Of a stretch of DNA of 64,000 bases, positions 7,373 through 16,600 are shown piece after piece. The notes under the pieces are model-generated. The model worked only from the letters and a program-made list of their open reading frames with translations, did not search any database and had not been told where the DNA came from. Positions within the stretch are counted from its first letter, which is position 1. Each line of letters starts with the position of its first letter. This stretch comes from a virus: the IMG/VR virus record IMGVR_UViG_3300027756_000004, one strand, 5' to 3'. Position numbers and translations under genes: made by a program.

Positions 7373-10300
7373 AATTTCCGGTCAGCTCTTGAAGGATAAC
7401 TTGATCCGTTCCACGCTACCAGTGGCGGAACAAAACATTGCCTTTGAGACTGATCTGTTATATATTGATATAATAAATTCCAGGATCGGTATAAAAACTG
7501 CCAGTCCTCAGTATCCTTTAGACGTTGTAGGAACCATCAGAACCACCAATTTAGAAGTGCCCGGTGTCAGCACCGTAAACAATCTCACTTTGTCTGGATC
7601 CAGCATCACCACTTCAGCGCCTATTTTATCCCTAGCATCGCCTGACAAAATATTGTACAACAATGCTATCCTAGTGGATGATTTACAAATATCCAACAAC
7701 ACTATTGAAGTGACCACCAGCAATATGAACCTTGAACTGCGCCCCAATGGCACAGGCATCACTGAAATTTACAGCAATGTGGAAGTGACTGGCAATATAC
7801 ATGCCACTGGCAGCATCACTGCAGATGGTAACATCACCATAGGAAATCAAAACACTGATAATTTGGTCATCAATGCAGACATAGCCAGCAATATGATTCC
7901 CAATGTGACCGACACATACAATTTGGGCAGTGCAGGAAAAAGATGGAATGAATTTTTCACACAAGATTTAACAGTGGACAACATCACTGTGGGCGGCAAC
8001 GTCACAGTGGGTGGATTAGATCTTACATCAGTGCCAGGTAATATTATATACGTGGCCACCAATGGTGATAACGCCAACGCAGGACTGCATCAAAACGATC
8101 CAGTGTTAACCATACAACAAGCAATCACATTGGCTTCATCAGGAGATCTGATACACATATATCCCGGCACATACACAGAAACGTTTCCCATCACTGTGCC
8201 TGTGGGAGTCACCATCAAAGGAGAATCTTTGAGATCAGTGTTGATTCAACCCACTGGTGGCACGATTGATCAAAACGCTTTTATATTGAATGGTGAAACC
8301 ACTATAGAAGACCTCACAGTAGCAAATTTCCGTTTCAACTCTGGAGCCAACAGAGGTTATGCTTTTAGATATGCTAGCTCATTCACAGTGACCTCACGTT
8401 CACCATACATTAGAAATGTTAGTGTGATCACACAAGGATCTGTGACCAGTGGCTCTGATCCTAGAGGTTTCAATGCAGGAGATGCAGGCAAAGGCGCCTA
8501 TCTAGATGGTAGTTTGGCCACAGCAGGCAGCAACGAAGCCAGCTGTTTGTTTCAAAATTGCACATTTATAACTCCAGGAGTGGATGCTATAACCATGACC
8601 AATGGAGTGAGAGTGGAGTGGCTAAATTCATTTACATATTTTGCCAATCGTAGTTTGTATGCCATAGATGGAGCCACTGGACTCAAGGGCACAGGTCGCA
8701 CATTGCTAAAAGTGGCGGGACTAGCAGGAGCCGCTGTGACAACAGGACAAACTATCACGTACTATGACACGGATAATTCTACAGTGTTGGGCACAGGAAC
8801 CATTGCCACCGTGGACAGCAATATATTTTATCTCACAGGCAAAATCACAGGATTTCAAAATGCTGTCAACAGACTGCCTAAAATAATCACAGTCAATGGC
8901 AATGCTCAATTGAGCACTGCTCAACTGAAATATGGCACAGCCAGTTTATTGTTGGATGGCACAGGTGATTATCTCACTGTATCCACCAATCCAGACTTTG
9001 GTTATGCATCTGGTAATTTTACCATTGAATTCTGGTTAAGACGCACTGCTGTGGGCAATCAAGTGATCATGGATCAAAGGTCAGCAGCAGCACTCAATAA
9101 TCCTATGATTCACATTGATGGAGGAGTGCTAAAATATTATGCTGCTGCTGCCAATAGAATCACTGGCGCCACCACTATCAATATCAACACTTGGTATCAT
9201 GTGGCAGTGTGTAAAAACAGTGGCACAACAAGATTATTTTTGAATGGCACACAGGAAGGCAGTTCCTACACAGATTCCAACAACTATGGTGCTACATCTA
9301 TTTTGACCATAGGTGCAGACTACTTGTATGCAAATGCATTGCCAGGTTATTTGGATGATATTAGAATCACCAAGGCAGCATTGTACACAAGTACTTTTGC
9401 AACACCTGCGGCTGAGTTAAGCAACACGCCCCACACAAAACTATTGTTGAATTTTAATGGCGCAAATGCTTCAACCTCTATCTCAGACACTGTGACAGGA
9501 GCACAATACATCAGTTTTTCGGGAGGAGCCACTGCAGAAAGATTTGTTAATGTAGATTATACCGATTTTGGTGCTGAAATTAGAAGCATAGCATCAGCTT
9601 CAGTGTATGGCAATTATGGAGCATATGGTTCGGGAGTAGGCGTTCTAATGTATCTAGTAGGACACAATTTTGCCTACATAGGCAATGGCAAAGAAGTCAG
9701 CAATGATCCTGCCACAGTGATTCAAGCCAATGAAGTAGTGGAGATATCTAATGCAAGAATATTTTATAGTTCTGTGGATCAACGAGGCAATTTTAGAGTG
9801 GGTGATCTGTTCACTGTGGATCAAGACACTGGTTCAGTTTCATTCACGGCAGCATCCACGGTGTTGTCTCAAGGCACAGCATTAACATTTATTTCGGGTG
9901 GTCACACCACAGTGATCAATGGCACATTGATTCAACAAGACAATGTGAGATTGAGTGGCAACACTATTGAAAGCACATCAGGAGCATTGAATTTGGATGC
10001 TGACAATGGACAAATAAATCTATTGGATAACGTTAATATCTCAGGAAATTTGGATGTAACAGGTAATGTGACCATAGGAGGCAACATCACTATTGGAGAT
10101 CAAACCACTGATACTTTAAGTATTGTGGCAGCCGTGGCCAGCGATATAATTCCACAAACCACAAACACTTATAATTTAGGTAGTGCAGCAAAAAATTGGA
10201 ACACTGTGTTCAGTTCAACTATCAATGTGGATGGCAATATAAGAATTGAAAACAATTTAATCACTACACAGACCACCAATTCAAATCTACAGCTGAGTGG

Positions 10301-11084
10301 TGCAGGTACTGGCAGTGTGGAAATAGAAAACTTTAGAATCAACGACAACACCATCAGTAATCTCACTGGAGATATCACTTTCACTCCTGCCACAGGAGTA
10401 ACTGTGTTCACAGGCACAGGCAGTATGAGATTGCCTGCAGGCAGCACCGCCAATAGACCAGCGTCACCACAAACAGGCATGATTAGATACAACACTGACA
10501 ATAACTTGTTTGAAGGTTATGACGGCAGCTGGACTGTGTTGCAAGGTGTGTATGATTTAGATCGTAACACCTACATAACTCCGGAGCTCACTCCAGGAGC
10601 CAACGACAACACCATTAGATTCTACAGCAACAGTGCATTGGTGGCAGATGTCAACAGCACCAGATTTGATGTGAACACATTGCAAGTGGACAGTATTAAC
10701 ATATCAGGCAACACTCTGACCACCACTGGAGCGAATCAAGATCTGATCCTAAATGCTAATGGCACTGGTTTCATAAGAATAGAAAATTTAAACTTTCAAA
10801 ACAACACCATTACCAACTATGTGAGCAATGCTCCCATTGTGTTGGAAACCACTGGAGATGGCTATGTGGATGTGAGTCAGGCTGGTGGCTTAAGAATACC
10901 CTATGGTATAGGAGCTACCAGGCCCTCAGCGCCTGTGATTGGTATCACTAGATACAACACACAGGATCTGCAAGTGGAGATCTACGACGGTAATAGCTGG
11001 GTTTCTGTGGCTGGCGCAGGGGGTGGAGTCAGTGTATTGGGCGCAGAGGAATTATCGATTAAATACGCATTAACATTAGGATAA
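7359..11084 (+). CDS. Tail fibre/spike protein with beta-helix and inserted LamG/concanavalin-A-like domain
   Basis: Paralog of 4342-7200. The insert carries FTIEFW...TWYHVAVCKNSGTTRLFLNG...IGA......GYLDDIRITK, typical of LamG-like jelly-rolls. Confidence 0.72.
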   Translation: MAVGRISGQLLKDNLIRSTLPVAEQNIAFETDLLYIDIINSRIGIKTASPQYPLDVVGTIRTTNLEVPGVSTVNNLTLSGSSITTSAPILSLASPDKILYNNAILVDDLQISNNTIEVTTSNMNLELRPNGTGITEIYSNVEVTGNIHATGSITADGNITIGNQNTDNLVINADIASNMIPNVTDTYNLGSAGKRWNEFFTQDLTVDNITVGGNVTVGGLDLTSVPGNIIYVATNGDNANAGLHQNDPVLTIQQAITLASSGDLIHIYPGTYTETFPITVPVGVTIKGESLRSVLIQPTGGTIDQNAFILNGETTIEDLTVANFRFNSGANRGYAFRYASSFTVTSRSPYIRNVSVITQGSVTSGSDPRGFNAGDAGKGAYLDGSLATAGSNEASCLFQNCTFITPGVDAITMTNGVRVEWLNSFTYFANRSLYAIDGATGLKGTGRTLLKVAGLAGAAVTTGQTITYYDTDNSTVLGTGTIATVDSNIFYLTGKITGFQNAVNRLPKIITVNGNAQLSTAQLKYGTASLLLDGTGDYLTVSTNPDFGYASGNFTIEFWLRRTAVGNQVIMDQRSAAALNNPMIHIDGGVLKYYAAAANRITGATTININTWYHVAVCKNSGTTRLFLNGTQEGSSYTDSNNYGATSILTIGADYLYANALPGYLDDIRITKAALYTSTFATPAAELSNTPHTKLLLNFNGANASTSISDTVTGAQYISFSGGATAERFVNVDYTDFGAEIRSIASASVYGNYGAYGSGVGVLMYLVGHNFAYIGNGKEVSNDPATVIQANEVVEISNARIFYSSVDQRGNFRVGDLFTVDQDTGSVSFTAASTVLSQGTALTFISGGHTTVINGTLIQQDNVRLSGNTIESTSGALNLDADNGQINLLDNVNISGNLDVTGNVTIGGNITIGDQTTDTLSIVAAVASDIIPQTTNTYNLGSAAKNWNTVFSSTINVDGNIRIENNLITTQTTNSNLQLSGAGTGSVEIENFRINDNTISNLTGDITFTPATGVTVFTGTGSMRLPAGSTANRPASPQTGMIRYNTDNNLFEGYDGSWTVLQGVYDLDRNTYITPELTPGANDNTIRFYSNSALVADVNSTRFDVNTLQVDSINISGNTLTTTGANQDLILNANGTGFIRIENLNFQNNTITNYVSNAPIVLETTGDGYVDVSQAGGLRIPYGIGATRPSAPVIGITRYNTQDLQVEIYDGNSWVSVAGAGGGVSVLGAEELSIKYALTLG

Positions 11085-11090
11085 ACAATT

Positions 11091-11420
11091 ATGGCAACAG
11101 CGTTTAAAAATAAAATATCAACTCAAATAGGCACCAGTCCTGTGAAGATTTACGAAGCACCTGTGGGTGTTAGCACCACTATACTTGGCATGAGTTTGAG
11201 CAATATCACAGGAGGTATTATCACTGCCAGCGTGTTTGTACAAGATGACACCAGTGCTCAAGCATTTTTTATAAAAAATGTGCAGATAGCCACAGGCAGC
11301 AGTTTGCGTGTGGTAACCAGTGGTGAAAAATTAATTATTCCTGCCAACTATGATCTGTTTGTTGAAAGCAACACAGCAGCATCATTGGATGTGGTGTTGA
11401 GCTATGTGGAGATAAACTAA
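11091..11420 (+). CDS. Small virion adaptor-like protein, paralog 2
   Basis: IYEAP...TTILGMSLSN...GEKLII....L.V.S....SLDVVLSYVEI pattern. Confidence 0.6.
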   Translation: MATAFKNKISTQIGTSPVKIYEAPVGVSTTILGMSLSNITGGIITASVFVQDDTSAQAFFIKNVQIATGSSLRVVTSGEKLIIPANYDLFVESNTAASLDVVLSYVEIN

Positions 11421-11421
11421 T

Positions 11422-11898
11422 ATGCAATACATCGGCCAACCCATTACAAATGCTATCAAAAGCCATAAAGATAGATTTTTTTACGGTTTACGCAGAACTG
11501 ATGATGGTGAATTATGGTTGGCCAAAGTAGATCAAATGGCGCCAGGTGACAGTGTGACCATTAATATTCCTGGCTCAGCCAATTACAATTATGATGATTG
11601 GAATGAAGGACAAGATTTTTTTGATGGACGTGATGTGAATCATGATAAAATTTATCCTAATTTAAAATATGAACAATACAAATGGGATGATATCAATCTT
11701 TTTTATTACATCAATAGTGAAGGTGAATTGGTTTTGAGAATCAATCACCCCATTGACATGGAAAATCCAGGAGCAGCTGCCAATGCATACACGTATCCTA
11801 ATGTGAATGAAATCCCTGCGTTTACAGGAGCGTCTATCAAATTTGACCAAGATTATGTGACATTTGACAGCAACGAATCTACCTGGGACAGGACTTAG
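11422..11898 (+). CDS. Virion structural protein (paralog of 13261-13623)
   Basis: Shared RFFYGLRRTD.GEL.L.KVD...GRDV.H.K.Y.NL.YEQ..WD...YYI.SEG.L.LR.N, plus an extra C-terminal FD....TFDS...TWD peptide. Confidence 0.65.
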   Translation: MQYIGQPITNAIKSHKDRFFYGLRRTDDGELWLAKVDQMAPGDSVTINIPGSANYNYDDWNEGQDFFDGRDVNHDKIYPNLKYEQYKWDDINLFYYINSEGELVLRINHPIDMENPGAAANAYTYPNVNEIPAFTGASIKFDQDYVTFDSNESTWDRT

Positions 11899-11949
11899 AA
11901 AATATATGTATATTATGGTAAATATTAACAAAAACAAGCAAGGACACAC

Positions 11950-13257
11950 ATGGTAAAACAGATAATCAATGATGGCGTTACACCTAATGATGGACAGGGT
12001 GATAATCTAAGAGCTGGTGCATTAAAAATAAATTCAAATTTTGACGAGCTATACACAGCGTTGGGTGATGGCATATCTCTCACAGTGATCAACAACAATA
12101 TTATCAGTGCCACTGGTGGCAACAGAATTGCTTTTTATTTTGCCAACCAAGCAGCATTTCCTAATGCTACCACATACCATGGTGCCATAGCACATTCACA
12201 TGCAGATAACGCCATGTATTATGCACATGGAGGAGTTTGGACAAGGATGTTAAGCACAATTTCCAGTATCAATGATTTAGCAGATGTAAACACCACTGCA
12301 GTTCCTGCAGATGGTCAGGCTTTGCTTTGGAATGCTGCCACTTCCAACTGGATAGCTGGCACAGTGAGTGGTGGTGGTGGTGGTGGTGGAGCAGGTGTGA
12401 CCACATTCGTTGCATTGACAGATACCCCAGCCAACTACTCAGGAGCAGCTAATAGATTTGTAAAAGTTAACGCAGCGACCACCGGTTTAGAATTTGTGGC
12501 AGGCATACAGAGTGCAGATCTCAGTGCCATTTCAATCAATGCATTTTTGGATGTGGACACTGTTACATCAGCACCTTCAGTGGGACAGGTTTTAAAATGG
12601 AACGGCACCAACTGGATACCAGCAGCTGATTCTACTTCAGGTGGAGGTGGCAGCAATGCAGACACATTGGATGGATTTGACAGTTCATATTTTTTAAATT
12701 ATGCCAACTTGACCAATACACCAGCAGCAATCTCCTCATTCCTTGCATTATCAGACACTCCAGATAGTTACACATCAGCAGGTAGTAGATTTGTCAAAGT
12801 AAACGCAGGAGCCACTGCATTAGAATTTGCTACAGTTGCAGTGCCATCCACATTGGATGACCTTAGTGATGTGGTGATATCTTCACCCGCACAAGGAGAC
12901 GTGTTGTACTACAACGGCACCAGTTGGGTGAAACAAAATGGTCCTGTAACCAGATGGAGTTTGTCAGCATCAGGAAACGCTGATTATATATTTACAGGTC
13001 CAGGATTTTATGCAGCCACCAACGATCCCACTCTGTATCTGCACAGAGGTCACACATACATATTCATTAACACAGTGATCAGCGTTCATCCTATGGAAAT
13101 AAGAGTGGCTAATGCAGGTGCTGCATACAGCAATGGAGTCACTGGAAATGCCACAGCCACTGTAATATTTCAAGTGCCCATGGACGCTCCCAGCACACTT
13201 TATTATCAATGCACAGCACACAGCGGAATGGGCAACACCATCAACATAGTAACATAA
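11950..13257 (+). CDS. Fibre protein with T4 gp9/gp10-like N-terminus and C-terminal cupredoxin-like domain
   Basis: N-terminus KQIINDGVTPNDGQGDNLRAGALKINSNFDELY; internal L.DL.DV...P..GQ.L.WN...W and F.AL.DTP..Y....RFVKVNA repeats; C-terminus HP...TLYYQCTAHSGMG. Confidence 0.7.
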   Translation: MVKQIINDGVTPNDGQGDNLRAGALKINSNFDELYTALGDGISLTVINNNIISATGGNRIAFYFANQAAFPNATTYHGAIAHSHADNAMYYAHGGVWTRMLSTISSINDLADVNTTAVPADGQALLWNAATSNWIAGTVSGGGGGGGAGVTTFVALTDTPANYSGAANRFVKVNAATTGLEFVAGIQSADLSAISINAFLDVDTVTSAPSVGQVLKWNGTNWIPAADSTSGGGGSNADTLDGFDSSYFLNYANLTNTPAAISSFLALSDTPDSYTSAGSRFVKVNAGATALEFATVAVPSTLDDLSDVVISSPAQGDVLYYNGTSWVKQNGPVTRWSLSASGNADYIFTGPGFYAATNDPTLYLHRGHTYIFINTVISVHPMEIRVANAGAAYSNGVTGNATATVIFQVPMDAPSTLYYQCTAHSGMGNTINIVT

Positions 13258-13260
13258 TAT

Positions 13261-13623
13261 ATGTCAGACAGCAACGAATACATACAACAAATAGAAGATA
13301 CACTGGGTGCCAGCAGATTTTTTTATGGCTTAAGAAGAACTGACCAAGGTGAATTATACTTGGGCAAAGTTGATTTAATGAATACTAACAGCTCAGATGC
13401 ATTGCAAATTAATTTGCCAGGTAATCCCAATGAAAATTTGCCCAGTTTTACCAGAGGAGTAGATTTTTTAGAAGGTAGAGATGTGGAGCACACCAAAGTT
13501 TATGAAAATTTAAATTATGAACAATTTCGTTGGGACAGCAGAAATATTTTGTATTACATTGACTCAGAAGGACAATTAACATTGAGAGTGAACGAACCTT
13601 ACACATATCCGGTAGGAATATAA
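13261..13623 (+). CDS. Virion structural protein (paralog of 11422-11898)
   Basis: Same RFFYGLRRTD...YEQFRWD core. Confidence 0.65.
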   Translation: MSDSNEYIQQIEDTLGASRFFYGLRRTDQGELYLGKVDLMNTNSSDALQINLPGNPNENLPSFTRGVDFLEGRDVEHTKVYENLNYEQFRWDSRNILYYIDSEGQLTLRVNEPYTYPVGI

Positions 13624-13624
13624 T

Positions 13625-16600
13625 ATGCCAGAATTTAAAATTGAACGCATACGTTTTAGATGGAGAGGCGATTGGTCTGGCACCACTGTCTACATCAAAG
13701 ATGATGTGGTTAGATTTGGTGCAAAAATTTATGTGTGTCAAATAGCTCACACTGCCAATGCACTATTTTATGTAGATTTCAATGATGTAAATCCAAAATG
13801 GGTTCAGATGTTGGATGGTCAAAGCTGGACTGGCGACTGGACTCCCAGCACAATTTACAAACTAAATGACATAGTAAAACTTGGATCCACACTGTGGATC
13901 TGTTTGGATGGGCACACTTCCAGTGCCGATCCTGCAAATGGAATTTCTGGAGTTGAAGCCAAATGGACTGTGTTTGCAGAAGGTGAGAACTGGAGAGGCA
14001 ATTGGCAATCCACCACTGCATACAGCAAAGGGGACTTGGTGCGTTATGGTGCACAATCGTTCTATTGTGAAACCTATCATGTGAGTGCTTCTGTACTAGA
14101 AGGTTTAGAATTAGATTATGTAAAATGGTCCTTGTACACCAGACATCTAGATTATAAAATTGATTGGACTCCAAATACCAGATACAAACCAGATGACATA
14201 GTCAAGTATGGTGGTACAGTGTATAGAGTCATCACAGGTCATCAGAGCGCTGTCAGCAACGCTTATGTGAATCCTAACTTCACCACCAACACTGTGGCAG
14301 GCACAGGAGCAGCTTTCACAGTGTACAGAGTTGGTGCTGTTTACTATGCACAAGTTACCAACAATGGCACAGGTTGGCTAGCATCACAACAGATCACAGT
14401 ATTGGGCTCACTATTGGGGGGCTTTGCACCAGCCAATAATCTTGTTATCACAATTTTATCTGTGGGGGCAGGTGGCACCATCAGCACTGTTTCTGTCACG
14501 GGCACTGCACTTGCAACTGCTGACGGTTTGGAAGCAGATTTAGTAAAATATCAAACAGTCATAAGTGGCATTGAATACAAAGGCAATTATACTCAATACG
14601 TAAGATACAAAAAAAATGACATTGTGCAGTATGGTGGATCCAGTCTTTGGATATGTACAGATCCATCTGATCAAGGCGCATTTGCCAACTCCACAATATT
14701 GGATGAAAACAAGTGGGACATTTGGTTGCCTGGTTTAGGATTTGAAGCGGCGTGGAGTGCGACCACTCGTTACCAACCTGGTGATGTGGTGATGTATGGT
14801 GGCTACAGTTATGTGTGTAAACTGACGCATTTAAATATTTTACCCACTGTGGCACAAGACAGCAGCAGTGCTTGGAATTTATTAGTGCCTGGCTACAAAC
14901 TACGAGGTGACTGGATAGACAATGACAGCACTGCAGCCAGTTATTACAAAACTGGAGATGTGGTACGCAGTGGTGGTAATTTATACATTGCTGTGCAAGA
15001 CAATGCTGGCGTGTTGCCTTTGGCTACCACTTCATATGATGTGGGCACATACTCACCAGGTCCTTGGCAATTGTTGGTCACCGGCAAACGTTGGAGAGGC
15101 CCTTGGAAACAGATAGATAATGTGACCAATCTAGCTGGTTACTACTACCCTGGTGATGTGGTCACTGTGGCCGGCACCACTTATGCTTGTAAACTTTATC
15201 ATATCAGCACTCAATCACTTTCTAAACCTACATTGGATGTAACCTCTCCAACCACTTATTGGGACAAATTGGCTCAAGGAGCCACCACCAATGTGTTGGA
15301 ACAGGTAGGAGACATCAAGACTCAAAATGCTGTGGGCACAAAAATAGCTATCAACATTGGAAGTTCTGGAGAATCATTACAGATCACAGACAGCTTGCCT
15401 GATTGGAAAACACAAGATCAGATTGCCAAAGTTTTCTATGTGTCTGTGGAAGGTATTAATGGACTTACCCGAGGTACCACCATACAGACAGCATTTAGAA
15501 CAGTAAAATATGCCTGTGACTTTGTCAACGCTGACAAACCAGGCAGAACTCCAGCCACTATCTTTATTAAAACTGGTGTGTATGAAGAAATTTTGCCTAT
15601 CAATGTGCCTTATGACACAGCATTGTGTGGAGATGAATTGAGAAGCACTATAATAATGCCAGCTGCTGGTTATGAAAGTTCTAACATGTTCCTAGTGAAC
15701 AATGGATCTGGCATCAGAAACATGACCCTAAAAGGATTGTATGGCACACTGGGTGCAGCCAATCAATATTTTACTAGAAGGCCATCAGCTGGAGCATTTG
15801 TGTCATTGAATCCAGGTAACTCTCCATCGGATAATACAGCATGGATTGTTAACAAGTCACCTTACATACAGAACGTCAGCACCTTTGGTGATGGTTGTGT
15901 AGGTATGAAAGTGGACGGAGATCTACACGCTGGAGGAAATAAATCCATAGTGGCCAACGACTTCACACAAATTATTTCCAACGGCATAGGATTTTGGGTC
16001 AAAGGTGAAGGTAAATCAGAGTTGGTTTCAGTATTCACTTACTATTGCCACATAGGTTATCTAGCTGAAAATGGTGGCAAGGTTCGCGCTACCAATGGCA
16101 ACAATTCTTATGGAACTTATGGTTCTGTGGCAGAAGGAGTGTCACAAGTGGAAGTGCCTATCACAGCAGCAGTAGATAATCAAACAGGTGAAGCATTGAT
16201 AAATTCTGTGTACAATGATGAAAATCAAATATTTTGTTTTGGATATTCACACACAGGCCAAGACTATACTTCGGCCACAATATCCATCACTGGTTCAGGT
16301 GCAGGAGCAGCTGCCTACATAGGTTATGAAAATACTAGATATCAATCAATCAGTGAAGTGAGACTGACTGATCCTTTTGATAGCGGAATCACTGGTGGTA
16401 TTGCTTATACTTCATTCACAGGCAACACCAGAGGTGGCAATAGCACTTCATTTTTGTTGGCCAATCAATATGAACCAGACTATGAAAAAAATGTCACAGC
16501 TTCTCTGGGCAATCCAGTAAACACTCTCACAGTGCAGAATATAATTGGTATGAAAGTGGGAGATCAGATTATTTTTCCAGGTGTTATGTTTGGAGGCGTC

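Noticed and set aside
12370-12387. (GGT)6 tract as a phase-variation site
   Set aside because: It is an in-frame triplet repeat encoding a poly-Gly linker, so slippage would not switch expression.
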